Shown: positions 20,976 to 30,593 of the stretch, piece by piece
Layout of the letters: each line of letters opens with the position of its first letter
How positions within the stretch are numbered: position 1 is the first letter of the stretch
IMG/VR virus record: IMGVR_UViG_2061766007_002383
Strand: one strand, 5' to 3'
DNA from: an uncultured virus (IMG/VR IMGVR_UViG_2061766007_002383)
Lineage: Duplodnaviria; Heunggongvirae; Uroviricota; Caudoviricetes
DNA length: 64,000 nucleotides
Translations under genes and position numbers: made by a program
The notes under the pieces: model-generated
What the model saw: the letters and a program-made list of their open reading frames with translations, nothing else
Told to the model about the DNA's origin: nothing
The model's database searches: none

Positions 20976-21108
20976 CACACAACAGTTAATTGAAGTAGAT
21001 GGTGCAGATGAAAAGTACTATTTACTGTTTAAAAACGACGATTGGGTTCGTATTAACGAACAAGAATATAATAAAATTTTAGAGGACGATAAAAATGACA
21101 ACATATAA
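20959..21108 (+). CDS. Small hypothetical protein (49 aa, not in ORF track)
   Basis: MKMKINTQQLIEVDGADEKYYLLFKNDDWVRINEQEYNKILEDDKNDNI* fills the gap and overlaps both neighbours. Confidence 0.5.
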   Translation: MKMKINTQQLIEVDGADEKYYLLFKNDDWVRINEQEYNKILEDDKNDNI

Positions 21109-21499
21109 TAAATATGTGACAGATGAAGGTAAGACAGAGGTTTTAAGATTAGCCTTTGTCAATGGTGGAGTTCCATTTTCATACTTTGCATTAGGTAAAG
21201 AAACTAGTGATAAAGTGGGTGGAAACGAATGGCATGAGTTAGAAAATTACACAAGAGCACATTGTACTGTTGAAGAACCATTAGTTAATGATGGAAGTAA
21301 ACGTATTAAAATTTCAGCAACTTTTAATGAAAGTAATTTACAATACATCGGTGATGAAACCATAAAAGAGATTGCATTATGTTCAAATGAAAATAAAAGT
21401 GCAGAAAATGATATTTTCTTTGCATACTGTCAAGTGCCATCAATACCAATCAACAGTAGTTCAAGCTTTAAATACACTATGATTATCAGTATCGAATAG
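21095..21499 (+). CDS. Tail-collar / baseplate fibre-attachment-like protein
   Basis: VTDEG...FALG...ISATF...IKEIAL...FFAY pattern of phage tail-collar proteins. Confidence 0.55.
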   Translation: MTTYNKYVTDEGKTEVLRLAFVNGGVPFSYFALGKETSDKVGGNEWHELENYTRAHCTVEEPLVNDGSKRIKISATFNESNLQYIGDETIKEIALCSNENKSAENDIFFAYCQVPSIPINSSSSFKYTMIISIE

Positions 21500-21509
21500 G
21501 AGTTTTACA

Positions 21510-24500
21510 ATGTCTTCATATTATAAACAAGTTCACGAAAATTTAATCCCCAACAGAACAGCAAAAGTAGAAGATATTCATCTTATTCAATCAAATATTC
21601 AAGATGCGTTTGGAGAACTTGTTACTGATGTCCTTGGCGATGCTTTCATTTTAGGTGAAAATGAAGATGATTTAAAACTTATTCCAACAACTGACTACAT
21701 AGACCAATGTAATTATAACTATGATAGTGAAGATTGCTGGATTCATTTTTATGACAGATATTTAAGACAACCCATCTTTATTGAAAAATCTTCTATTGAG
21801 TCAATTACATTAGAAATGCAAAATAGAAGCAAAATCACAGTAACAGTTTATGCAGAAATTAGAGATAGCAATTTTGATATTTTAACATCACATGGAGAAG
21901 CAAGCGCTTTATTACCACCAACAGGAAGCGATGTTAAGGATTATACTCCTGTTACTTTTACTTTTAACGCAAACCATTTACCAGTTGGACAATATTATTT
22001 AGTATTAAGACCAATTGACATATCTGCTACAGATTTAACCATGAATGGCGATGAAACTGAATATGATGTTATATATACTGGTCAAGAAATAGACTATTAT
22101 GATTTCTTTTCTGAACAATTTATGGTAAGATTTGATATAAACGGTACATATACCATAGATGAAATTGGAGAAAATACAGATAATGGTGGCAGATTAGAAA
22201 TTTCATATGATGGTACAAATTATCTCAAAGCGTTTAGAGTAAGAGATTCAGTTGATACAGAATATGAAATCGAACTTGCAGATGACCCAGATGCAAAAGA
22301 AAAACAAAATTATGACTTATATTTTGAAGAAAGATACAGTTCAGGTCTTACTTATTTAATTAATCCTGGGACAGCTGTAATATCTGGTGAACCAGTAGAG
22401 TCCTTTGATACACATATTCAAATACCAGAAGCATCAAACGATGGAGATAGAGTAGATTTAGTCGTATTAACTGCTGATGGTAAATTAGAAGTTGTCAATG
22501 GAACGGTAGGTGGTGAATACCCACCAAGCAACAATGGGCTTAAAATCGCCTACATTACCAGTTATCAAGGTGGAACAAAAGTTCCAATGATAGAACAGAA
22601 TGACGAAAATAATATGACTCGTACAAGAGATATATTAGAACGTATCCGTCGTTTAGAAAAGAAAACAACATATCAAATGGAAAATAATTCTCCTACTCGT
22701 ATTAAATATAACTGTGTTGTTGACCCAGTAATGTTCAAAAACGGACTATCAACACAAGAAGACTTAAGTGAAGGTACTTATAAACTTGCTTTAGACTCTA
22801 ACGACAATGGAGATAGTGTTGTTACCAATAAAAATGGTATGTCATACATATGGTCTCTTATCAACAACAACATCAAATACACTTATACAGAAACAACAAA
22901 AACTAGTGCTTACTGTCAGACATTTGATGTGGATATACCTGTCAATAAACCGAAAAATATCGGTGCAGAAATGAAATATACAGCATTATTGTCTGAAGAA
23001 AAAATGACCACCACCATTAAAAAAGATAGTATCTCTAAACCAATCAAAAATGAAAAAATAAAAATCGTCGTTAAAAAAGGTAAAACAACTAAATACACCA
23101 AAACAATACAAACAAACAGTAAAGGAGTTGCTACATTTAACAACTTCTGGGCAGCTAAATTACCTGCAGGTAAATACACTATCGAAAGTACTGTAGGTGA
23201 TGCTACAATTAGTAACAAATTAACTGTACATAAATCTTCATATAGCGTTAAAACAATCGGTCAAAAGGTAAAAAAAGTTACCATTAAAGACAGCAATAAA
23301 AAAACAGTTACTACAGACTTTAGTGACAATATTATTACTGGAGATGCAGGTTTAACAAAAAGCAATATTACTGTAAATGTTAAAAAAGGTATTGCAGAAA
23401 TCAGTAAATTAAGTAATAAAGAAAATAAGTACACACATAATCACTTGCTTTCACCTACAAGTAATGGTACAAAGTCAACAACTGGTATTCCAAGAACCAC
23501 ACATGGATATAGAATCCACAGTAATAAGAAAAGCTTATCATCAGAGTTTCCAGTAATGCACTTCAAATTTGACCACGATACATATATCAAAAGCATTACA
23601 CCTTACATCAGAGACTTTAAAAATATGAAAAGTTTTGGTATTGTTTTCTTTAAAAATCCATATGTTACACAAGTTAAAAACCATAAAAGACAAACAATAC
23701 AAAAGAAAATGAATAACGATAAGACTTTTCCGAACGTCTATAAAGGTGAAAAGAAACTTACAAAATTTATACAAAATAATGACAAAAAACGTATTGAAGA
23801 ATTTGTCACTTTTGATGTTAATAAAACTATTGAAGCAGGTACATACACTTTAATTTGTTGGGGTAGAGTAAAAGACTCTTCATATGATGGTTATATGTAT
23901 ACTGGTGAGTACAAAACCAATAACAACCTAAAAGAATATGGAATTGGTCAAAAAAGTACAGGCTCATCTAATTTATCTTTATTTAAAATGCGAACAAGCA
24001 ACCTAACAGGTAGACATTGGAACGCAAAAATTGTATATAGAGAAGATAAATACCACGAAAAAGGTACATTAACATCTGTTGCGAAAAAAACAACACAAAA
24101 CATCAAATCATGTTCCATTAAAAAGAACATTAAAGTTCCAAATGGATGCAAATTAACACTTAAAGTTTCTAATGATGGTGGAAGTACATGGGTTGACGCT
24201 AGTACAGCCAAAAAAATCAACTTTACAACTCCAAACAACTCATTCAGATGGAAAATGATTTTTACAGGCAACCAATATACTACACCACAGCTCATATATA
24301 AGGAAAATAAAAAATACGCCATACAATTCAATCTAAATACAGAAGGATATGGTGATTCCACAAATCCTTTCTATGTACCATACGAAGATTATGGTAGTTG
24401 CTATGAAACTCCAATTTTAAATGCAAATGCTATTACAAAAACATACGTTAATAATAGTATGGTAACTAACAGATTTAACGAATGGGAATTCGCTAGAATC

Positions 24501-26426
24501 TGGATGGAAGATATAGATGACAATACAAAAATAGATATAGGTTTATCATATTCAGATAACGACACCATTAATGTTGCCACATTAAAATCAAATTGGAATG
24601 GAAATATATTTTTCAGTCAATTCTTTGCCGACTTACAATTATCTGATTTTACTACAACTTCAGTTGACTATGATAATTACGATGGTAATGTTGAATTTGA
24701 TGAACATAATTATCATTTTACCATGGATAGTGAATACTTTAAACATGACAATAGTTATGTAATAAACACTACTCCTACAAGTAATACAGAAAATTATCGC
24801 TATGGTAATATTAATGGAGATAGTATTGATGATATAATAAGTAGTATCTTTATTTATGATGATATCGATTATGATAAATCATATCAATATGAAGGAAATG
24901 CAGACAGCGAAGTTGATATGTATTCTGGCGTCAAAATAATAAGTGGACCTTATAAAAAAGCTACATTTATACCTAATACAGAAAATCTAGGAGAATTAAA
25001 CTCATTAAGAGAAAATCCAGTACATTATAATGCTACAGACTGTAATAGTGATAACGTAACTAGATATAGCCCTAAATATGTTATCAATGGAGTAAGCTTT
25101 GTAAAACCATTGAATGTTGATGAAAGTAAATCTACAATTACACTTTATTTATTCCCAGAAATAAGATATAAAATTAATATTCCAAAGACTACAATCAATG
25201 CAACTACTGGAGAAGAAGAAATCACTTTAGAACCATATACAAGAACTTTCTTCCCTGGTGGTACTTTTAGTGTTGTTGTAGGATTAACAACAGATGGTTC
25301 ACTCGCCGAAGACAGTTCCTATGGTAAATCATATGTTATTAATCAAGACTTAATTATTGGTCAATTTAATGAAGTTACAATTGATTTAAACGAAGACGTT
25401 AACGCTTATGCTGAAAGTGGTATCCACAGTATAGGTATCACAGTCAACGAACAAGTAGATGGTGAAGAAAATACTTATTTCATTGAAGGAGATAGTATTG
25501 GTATTGGACCTATTGGAACATCATCTTACAATATCAGACCATATACTCCATACTCATACACACAAAAATGGGACAGACTACAATGGCAATTAATAAATGG
25601 AGAAGAAAGTGGTGCTGAAATTTATAATATGTTTAAAAAATCAGGCTATACATTCTTCTACCCAACGTCAGCACTTTCAGCAACTAATGTTAACAGTACT
25701 GATTCTATTACTGAAAATTTACCAACTCAAAGTCAAAAGGCATATCAAACTACAGGTACATCTTTTAATGTAAATAATACAAAAACAGTAAAAGAATTTT
25801 CACGAAGCAACAGTACCCTTACAGCTAAAATTACAAATAATACTGAATATACAAGTACGTCAAGCAATAAAATTCTATTTAAAATGCAAGAAGATAAAGT
25901 TGGTAATATGTTTAAAGTAGAAACATCATTACCTTATACAATTTATGACTTTATTAAAATAGAATATTATGTATACAATACATATGGTGGAACTGAAACC
26001 CCACAAAATGGGGGCAATATAGTAAAAATAGATGGTACAAACTACGAATACAATGGCTATATATCTAAAGGTGATATCCTTATCAAATTCTACGATACAA
26101 CAGACATAACAAATAATGACCCTGTAGAAGTCTTTGCACTACCATCTTGGGGACGTGTACAGCAAGAAGGAAAAGTTACCGATAAAACTGTAACCGCATG
26201 GTTCAAAAAACGTAGCGACGTTCCATACATCAAAACAATTGTACTTGAACGTAGAAACCCATCTGGCAATGGTGTGCCTAAATTAGATTTAGTCTTAAAG
26301 AATATTACATTATATAATTCTTCAGATATGATTGCATTAGGTCCTCAAATGCAGATGAGAATTTATCCAAATAAAGACCTTAATGATATTCAAATTAGAA
26401 AAGTAGGTTGTATATACAGGATTTAG
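21510..26426 (+). CDS. Large virion structural protein (baseplate/tail-associated)
   Basis: 1638 aa. RVDLVVL and 'RDILERIRRLEK' segments, Ig-like and beta-rich domains, SNDGGSTW motif. Confidence 0.55.
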   Translation: MSSYYKQVHENLIPNRTAKVEDIHLIQSNIQDAFGELVTDVLGDAFILGENEDDLKLIPTTDYIDQCNYNYDSEDCWIHFYDRYLRQPIFIEKSSIESITLEMQNRSKITVTVYAEIRDSNFDILTSHGEASALLPPTGSDVKDYTPVTFTFNANHLPVGQYYLVLRPIDISATDLTMNGDETEYDVIYTGQEIDYYDFFSEQFMVRFDINGTYTIDEIGENTDNGGRLEISYDGTNYLKAFRVRDSVDTEYEIELADDPDAKEKQNYDLYFEERYSSGLTYLINPGTAVISGEPVESFDTHIQIPEASNDGDRVDLVVLTADGKLEVVNGTVGGEYPPSNNGLKIAYITSYQGGTKVPMIEQNDENNMTRTRDILERIRRLEKKTTYQMENNSPTRIKYNCVVDPVMFKNGLSTQEDLSEGTYKLALDSNDNGDSVVTNKNGMSYIWSLINNNIKYTYTETTKTSAYCQTFDVDIPVNKPKNIGAEMKYTALLSEEKMTTTIKKDSISKPIKNEKIKIVVKKGKTTKYTKTIQTNSKGVATFNNFWAAKLPAGKYTIESTVGDATISNKLTVHKSSYSVKTIGQKVKKVTIKDSNKKTVTTDFSDNIITGDAGLTKSNITVNVKKGIAEISKLSNKENKYTHNHLLSPTSNGTKSTTGIPRTTHGYRIHSNKKSLSSEFPVMHFKFDHDTYIKSITPYIRDFKNMKSFGIVFFKNPYVTQVKNHKRQTIQKKMNNDKTFPNVYKGEKKLTKFIQNNDKKRIEEFVTFDVNKTIEAGTYTLICWGRVKDSSYDGYMYTGEYKTNNNLKEYGIGQKSTGSSNLSLFKMRTSNLTGRHWNAKIVYREDKYHEKGTLTSVAKKTTQNIKSCSIKKNIKVPNGCKLTLKVSNDGGSTWVDASTAKKINFTTPNNSFRWKMIFTGNQYTTPQLIYKENKKYAIQFNLNTEGYGDSTNPFYVPYEDYGSCYETPILNANAITKTYVNNSMVTNRFNEWEFARIWMEDIDDNTKIDIGLSYSDNDTINVATLKSNWNGNIFFSQFFADLQLSDFTTTSVDYDNYDGNVEFDEHNYHFTMDSEYFKHDNSYVINTTPTSNTENYRYGNINGDSIDDIISSIFIYDDIDYDKSYQYEGNADSEVDMYSGVKIISGPYKKATFIPNTENLGELNSLRENPVHYNATDCNSDNVTRYSPKYVINGVSFVKPLNVDESKSTITLYLFPEIRYKINIPKTTINATTGEEEITLEPYTRTFFPGGTFSVVVGLTTDGSLAEDSSYGKSYVINQDLIIGQFNEVTIDLNEDVNAYAESGIHSIGITVNEQVDGEENTYFIEGDSIGIGPIGTSSYNIRPYTPYSYTQKWDRLQWQLINGEESGAEIYNMFKKSGYTFFYPTSALSATNVNSTDSITENLPTQSQKAYQTTGTSFNVNNTKTVKEFSRSNSTLTAKITNNTEYTSTSSNKILFKMQEDKVGNMFKVETSLPYTIYDFIKIEYYVYNTYGGTETPQNGGNIVKIDGTNYEYNGYISKGDILIKFYDTTDITNNDPVEVFALPSWGRVQQEGKVTDKTVTAWFKKRSDVPYIKTIVLERRNPSGNGVPKLDLVLKNITLYNSSDMIALGPQMQMRIYPNKDLNDIQIRKVGCIYRI

Positions 26427-26434
26427 GTGATAAT

Positions 26435-26785
26435 ATGGTAGAAGAGATTGAAATTCAAACAATAAACGATGTCAAAACTATTGACTATATGAGAACAACT
26501 AATGATATTATTAATACAACCATTGAAGAGCAAACAACTCAAACTGAAATAATATCAGAACAGCTTGATAATATACAAAGTAGTATTAATAATATAGAAG
26601 TTACTTCTGACATCGACCTAAATGAAGTTGTAGATAAAATTGATAACATAGATACGACTGTTATTGAAGCACAAGCACAGGATATTCTTTCTGTTGTTAA
26701 TCAACAACAAGAACAGATTGATGATATGAAAGAAAATATAAACGATATTAATGATAAACTTAATCAAATACTTGAAAGAATATAA
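26435..26785 (+). CDS. Acidic coiled-coil protein
   Basis: GGTGA RBS before MVEEIEI. Heptad pattern. Confidence 0.6.
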   Translation: MVEEIEIQTINDVKTIDYMRTTNDIINTTIEEQTTQTEIISEQLDNIQSSINNIEVTSDIDLNEVVDKIDNIDTTVIEAQAQDILSVVNQQQEQIDDMKENINDINDKLNQILERI

Positions 26786-26799
26786 AAGAGATGTTTTAG

Positions 26800-27384
26800 A
26801 TGGTAGAAAAAGAAATACGTCATGAAATACATGATATGTCTAGTAGGATATACGAATTACAGAACAAACAAAATACTTTAACTAATGGGCAGAGATATGC
26901 TGTCGTTAATGAAGTAGAAAAGAGTGCACGTATCCTACGAAACGATTTACGCCATCTGGAACGCAAATTATATTCTCAAGAATCTGATGATAAAATTCTT
27001 CAAGAACAGATTGATGGACTTATTCAACAAATTAATGCCCTTGAAGATATAAAATCTGATTTAATAACACGTATTAATACAGAAACAGAACATACAAGAC
27101 AAGAACTAAACGACAAAATTATTAATTTTATGTCAAGTGAGTTACAGCCCATTAAACAAAATATTGACGAAAATAAAAAAGAAATTAATTCTTTACGTGA
27201 AGACTTTAATCAATTAAGAATAGATATCGTAGAGAATGATAAAAAACGAGAAGTGAAAGCAGCAGAACGTTTTGATAGATTTAAAATGATTCTGACTGCT
27301 GTATTAGCAGTCATTGCTGGTCTATCCACATTATCTCTGTGGTTAGAACCATCTATAAGAATTTTAATGAACATTTTTTTATAA
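26800..27384 (+). CDS. Coiled-coil protein with C-terminal TM helix
   Basis: Long heptads followed by MILTAVLAVIAGLSTLSLWL. Last gene of the + strand block. Confidence 0.65.
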   Translation: MVEKEIRHEIHDMSSRIYELQNKQNTLTNGQRYAVVNEVEKSARILRNDLRHLERKLYSQESDDKILQEQIDGLIQQINALEDIKSDLITRINTETEHTRQELNDKIINFMSSELQPIKQNIDENKKEINSLREDFNQLRIDIVENDKKREVKAAERFDRFKMILTAVLAVIAGLSTLSLWLEPSIRILMNIFL

Positions 27385-27540
27385 TGAAAGTGGTAGTTCA
27401 AGAAAACAAAACAAAGAATATAGTAAATAATGATGTGAAGTTTGGGATAAACAATGAAAAAACATACTACCACTTTCATTTAGGAGATAAAAGTTATGAA
27501 TATGATGAATAGGTCGTAAAACATGCAAAAACAACCTATC
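27383..27540. terminator. Structured intergenic region between convergent transcription units
   Basis: 15-bp perfect inverted repeat (27383-27397 / 27466-27480), plus a hairpin at 27509-27539 that pairs best on the - strand. Confidence 0.5.
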
Positions 27541-27552
27541 CAATCAACGCAA

Positions 27553-27753
27553 TTATTGCATTGCCAATTTGATATCAGATGCTTTAACAGTTTTTCTGCC
27601 AGCATGATGAGCTAATTCGTTAGCTCTTGAAGCGATAGAAGTTCCATAATCTTCAATTGCTGCTAATAATTCATCGACAGCATCGCTACTTACTCTTTGT
27701 GCTCCTGCGTTTTTCATAATTCTTGTAGTTGGAGCTTTTGGAAATTCAGCCAT
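27553..27753 (-). CDS. Archaeal histone (HMfA/HMfB family)
   Basis: PKAPTTRIMKNAGAQRVSSDA...AHHAGRKTVKASDIKLA is the canonical archaeal histone fold. GAGGTG RBS. Confidence 0.95.
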   Translation of the reverse strand: MAEFPKAPTTRIMKNAGAQRVSSDAVDELLAAIEDYGTSIASRANELAHHAGRKTVKASDIKLAMQ

Positions 27754-27803
27754 AATTACACCTCGTTTTATATTTATATTTAAAAATTGCAGACCGATTA
27801 TTA

Positions 27804-28216
27804 TCAGCTGCTATTATTTATTTTAGTTTCATTAGTATTTAAACCTTTCGGTTCTATCCAGAAATTGTTGTTATGACAAGCCTCAATAATGACTTTATAC
27901 TCTTCATATGTAAGAGAATATTTTTTCAAAAAAACAGGTAAGTCTTTTAGCAAAGAACGAATCATACCTGGAAAATCATACATATTGATTCGTAAATTAT
28001 TTATTTTTTCTTTATCAACACCATATAATGGTATATCATGCTTTTTAAGCTCATCTATAATGATTTTCTCATATTCTTCTTTGCCATTTTCTTTATATTT
28101 ATGTACGCTGTATTGTATCTTTGTACAATCTCTACAATAATAAGATAATCCATCTTTATTGTTTTTATTCTTCGTAAAATTNNNNNNNNNNNNNCATAAC
28201 ATTTTTTTGTCTTCAC
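27804..28216 (-). CDS. Zn-finger protein (KKCxxC...KDGLxxYCRDC type), interrupted by an N gap
   Basis: GTG start gives MKTKKCY, then after the gap NFTKNKNNKDGLSYYCRDC. Confidence 0.55.
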
Positions 28217-28250
28217 ATTATCATCTAAAAAGTGAATAATGGGATTATAT

Positions 28251-28598
28251 TTATTTTTTAAAATGTGTTCGAGTTACAGTCGGATAAATGCTCCACCAAC
28301 TCCTTGGCAGGTCTCCAACATAATGATAATAGTATGGGTAATAAATATATTTAGGTTTATATCTTTTAAATGGTTCTTGAACCTCTTCCATTTCATCTTC
28401 AAAATCAGATGACAAAATATCATTTATGACTTTGTCTTTATTTTTTCTATTCTCCAATTGTCTAATTAATGTATCAATCTCATCACGTGTATGTTTTAAA
28501 TTGTCAATAACACTATCGTAATCAGCTGAATACATATTTTTAGACTCATTGCTACAAGAGCCTGTACAATCACAATATTTATCCATTATCATCACCAC
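28251..28598 (-). CDS. Hypothetical protein
   Basis: ORF in operon, short coiled coil. Confidence 0.55.
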   Translation of the reverse strand: MVMIMDKYCDCTGSCSNESKNMYSADYDSVIDNLKHTRDEIDTLIRQLENRKNKDKVINDILSSDFEDEMEEVQEPFKRYKPKYIYYPYYYHYVGDLPRSWWSIYPTVTRTHFKK

Positions 28599-28830
28599 TT
28601 ACATTAAAACCCTTCAATAAATGTTCCTTACTTTCTATCCAATCAATAACATACTTTAAATCTTCGACTGTGTCATATTCGTCTTCATCATTATTTAATG
28701 CACCGACTGCAAAACTGTAAAATATAGCATTTGCTAATACCTGTTCATTTATCAATCGTGCAAAATTTTGTGGCTGTGTAAATTCTCTAACAATTTCAAT
28801 AAGAATATCATCAATATCTTCAGGGTTCAT
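28579..28830 (-). CDS. Hypothetical protein
   Basis: ORF preceded by a TTTAAATA box (probably leaderless). Confidence 0.55.
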   Translation of the reverse strand: MNPEDIDDILIEIVREFTQPQNFARLINEQVLANAIFYSFAVGALNNDEDEYDTVEDLKYVIDWIESKEHLLKGFNVSGDDNG

Positions 28831-28884
28831 ATGATAATATTTATCACAAAAATAATATTTAAAGTTATTTGTTTTTTAAGGAAA

Positions 28885-29211
28885 CTATTGATACATTATA
28901 TCGCTTGGTTCTTCTGCATCTTCTTCTGTTAATATGCTGATATCTTGTTGATATAATATTTCTACATCAACAATATATTTTTTATTTATAACAACAAAGC
29001 GTTCTGTTCCGTCTTCAGATGTATAATTGATACCTAAAACATCATCTTCTTCATAATCAATAAATGCTAATGGATAACTTACATCAACTGTGTTGATAAC
29101 TAATGGTATATCTTGTACTGTAATATCTTTATGGTTTCTTATACCATTTAATAACATATTGCTATAATAATTCGATTCCTTGTCATCATAAGTAGTTGAA
29201 TAATTGTTCAT
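28885..29211 (-). CDS. Small beta-rich acidic protein (possible Sm/SH3-like fold)
   Basis: VLGINY..ERFVVINKKYIVDVEILY. Confidence 0.5.
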   Translation of the reverse strand: MNNYSTTYDDKESNYYSNMLLNGIRNHKDITVQDIPLVINTVDVSYPLAFIDYEEDDVLGINYTSEDGTERFVVINKKYIVDVEILYQQDISILTEEDAEEPSDIMYQ

Positions 29212-29728
29212 AAAAGTAACCTTGTGGATGATTGCACACAGGACATTGTAAAGGTGCGTTCTTACCTACATATTGATACCCACAATTAGAGCAAATCCAA
29301 TTTATATCATCATTCTTATGAAAAACACTATTTTTTCTAATGTTTTCTAAAAGTATTTGATATCTTTTACAATGTGCTTTTTCTATTTTGGCTATCTGAT
29401 AAAATAAATCTGCTATATCTTGATAACCTTCTTTATCGGCTGTCTTATAAAAATTTACATACATTTCTGATGCTTCATAATGTTCTCCTTTTATACCATC
29501 AACTAAATTTTCTATCGTGTCTGGTATATCTTTATCGTGTAATAATTTGAACCAAATTTTTGCATGTTCTTTTTCATTATGAGCCGTCTCATCAAATATA
29601 CCTTGAATTTGATTAAGACCTTCTTTTTTTGCTTTACTAGCATAGTATTGATATTTAGTGTATGCTTGAGATTCACCAGCGAATGCTGTTTGTAAATTTT
29701 TATATGTCTGTGACTCCTTAAAGTCCAT
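29186..29728 (-). CDS. rbr: Rubrerythrin
   Basis: AFAGESQA, EKEHA, EKAH di-iron motifs, and a C-terminal rubredoxin domain WICSNCGY..CPVC. Confidence 0.95.
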   Translation of the reverse strand: MDFKESQTYKNLQTAFAGESQAYTKYQYYASKAKKEGLNQIQGIFDETAHNEKEHAKIWFKLLHDKDIPDTIENLVDGIKGEHYEASEMYVNFYKTADKEGYQDIADLFYQIAKIEKAHCKRYQILLENIRKNSVFHKNDDINWICSNCGYQYVGKNAPLQCPVCNHPQGYFYEQLFNYL

Positions 29729-29765
29729 ATCATCACCTATAATTCAAAGTAAACATCTAATATAT

Positions 29766-30074
29766 TTAAAAATTATGTCGTGGAACAAAAGGTATATCTA
29801 ACTTACGACGTTCCCCTGACATAGAAACATATTCTATATCATCTTGTATTGATACATTAAGTGGTACAAAGTCTTCTTCTAAATCAAGCTCTTGCATTTC
29901 TTTAATAAACCCAGGGTCTAATTCTAATTGATTTTCGCATTCCATAAAAAATTCATCAACAACTTCCCAAACTTTTGCTGGGTCATCTTTTACTTTATCA
30001 AGTTTATCTTGAAAGCAAAAAATTTCGTGCATACTTATTTCTACAAATTGCATTTTTCCCCATTTCTGTTTCAT
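29766..30074 (-). CDS. Hypothetical protein
   Basis: ORF coupled to the upstream gene (ATGA overlap). Confidence 0.55.
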   Translation of the reverse strand: MKQKWGKMQFVEISMHEIFCFQDKLDKVKDDPAKVWEVVDEFFMECENQLELDPGFIKEMQELDLEEDFVPLNVSIQDDIEYVSMSGERRKLDIPFVPRHNF

Positions 30075-30394
30075 TTTCTCACTTCAATCATACTACAACC
30101 CTTATCATAGGCATTTACTTTTTCATCTGTCAAGAAACAATATCCTTCATCATCTGCAAAGTTTCTGAATCGTCTACAATCTTTATGCATTCTCACTTTT
30201 AATGAAGAATCTTCTAAAGTATGGTATTTAGCGTCATGCTCTTCAAAATAAAAAACATTATCACTCAACATTCCTATTTTACAGTACTCTTCATCCAGTC
30301 CAAGATGATACAAGTAGTCTCGTGCAAAGTCTTCATCTTTGAAAATGGCTATGACATCACCATCGTAATCAAAAATATAATAACTTTTCTGCAT
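30071..30394 (-). CDS. Hypothetical protein with C-terminal Cys cluster
   Basis: Preceded by a TTTAAGTA promoter, probably leaderless. Confidence 0.55.
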   Translation of the reverse strand: MQKSYYIFDYDGDVIAIFKDEDFARDYLYHLGLDEEYCKIGMLSDNVFYFEEHDAKYHTLEDSSLKVRMHKDCRRFRNFADDEGYCFLTDEKVNAYDKGCSMIEVRK

Positions 30395-30416
30395 AATTAA
30401 TTACATATTTTCTTAC

Positions 30417-30593
30417 TTACTTAAAGATGTACCGATAACCTATGCGATAATCATCATCTTTGAACCAGTACCAAGCTCCATCCCAATTACCATGACCATC
30501 GTTATTCATAGTCTTTGATACATGTGCTCTTTTATCTTCTTGTAATATATTATAACAAGTTTTCCAATACATTTTCCAAGCTGAAGACGCCAT
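30417..30593 (-). CDS. 58-aa Trp-rich hypothetical protein (not in ORF track)
   Basis: MASSAWKMYWKTCYNILQED...GAWYWFKDDDYRIGYRYIFK*. TAATG overlap with the nrdD stop. Confidence 0.6.
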   Translation of the reverse strand: MASSAWKMYWKTCYNILQEDKRAHVSKTMNNDGHGNWDGAWYWFKDDDYRIGYRYIFK

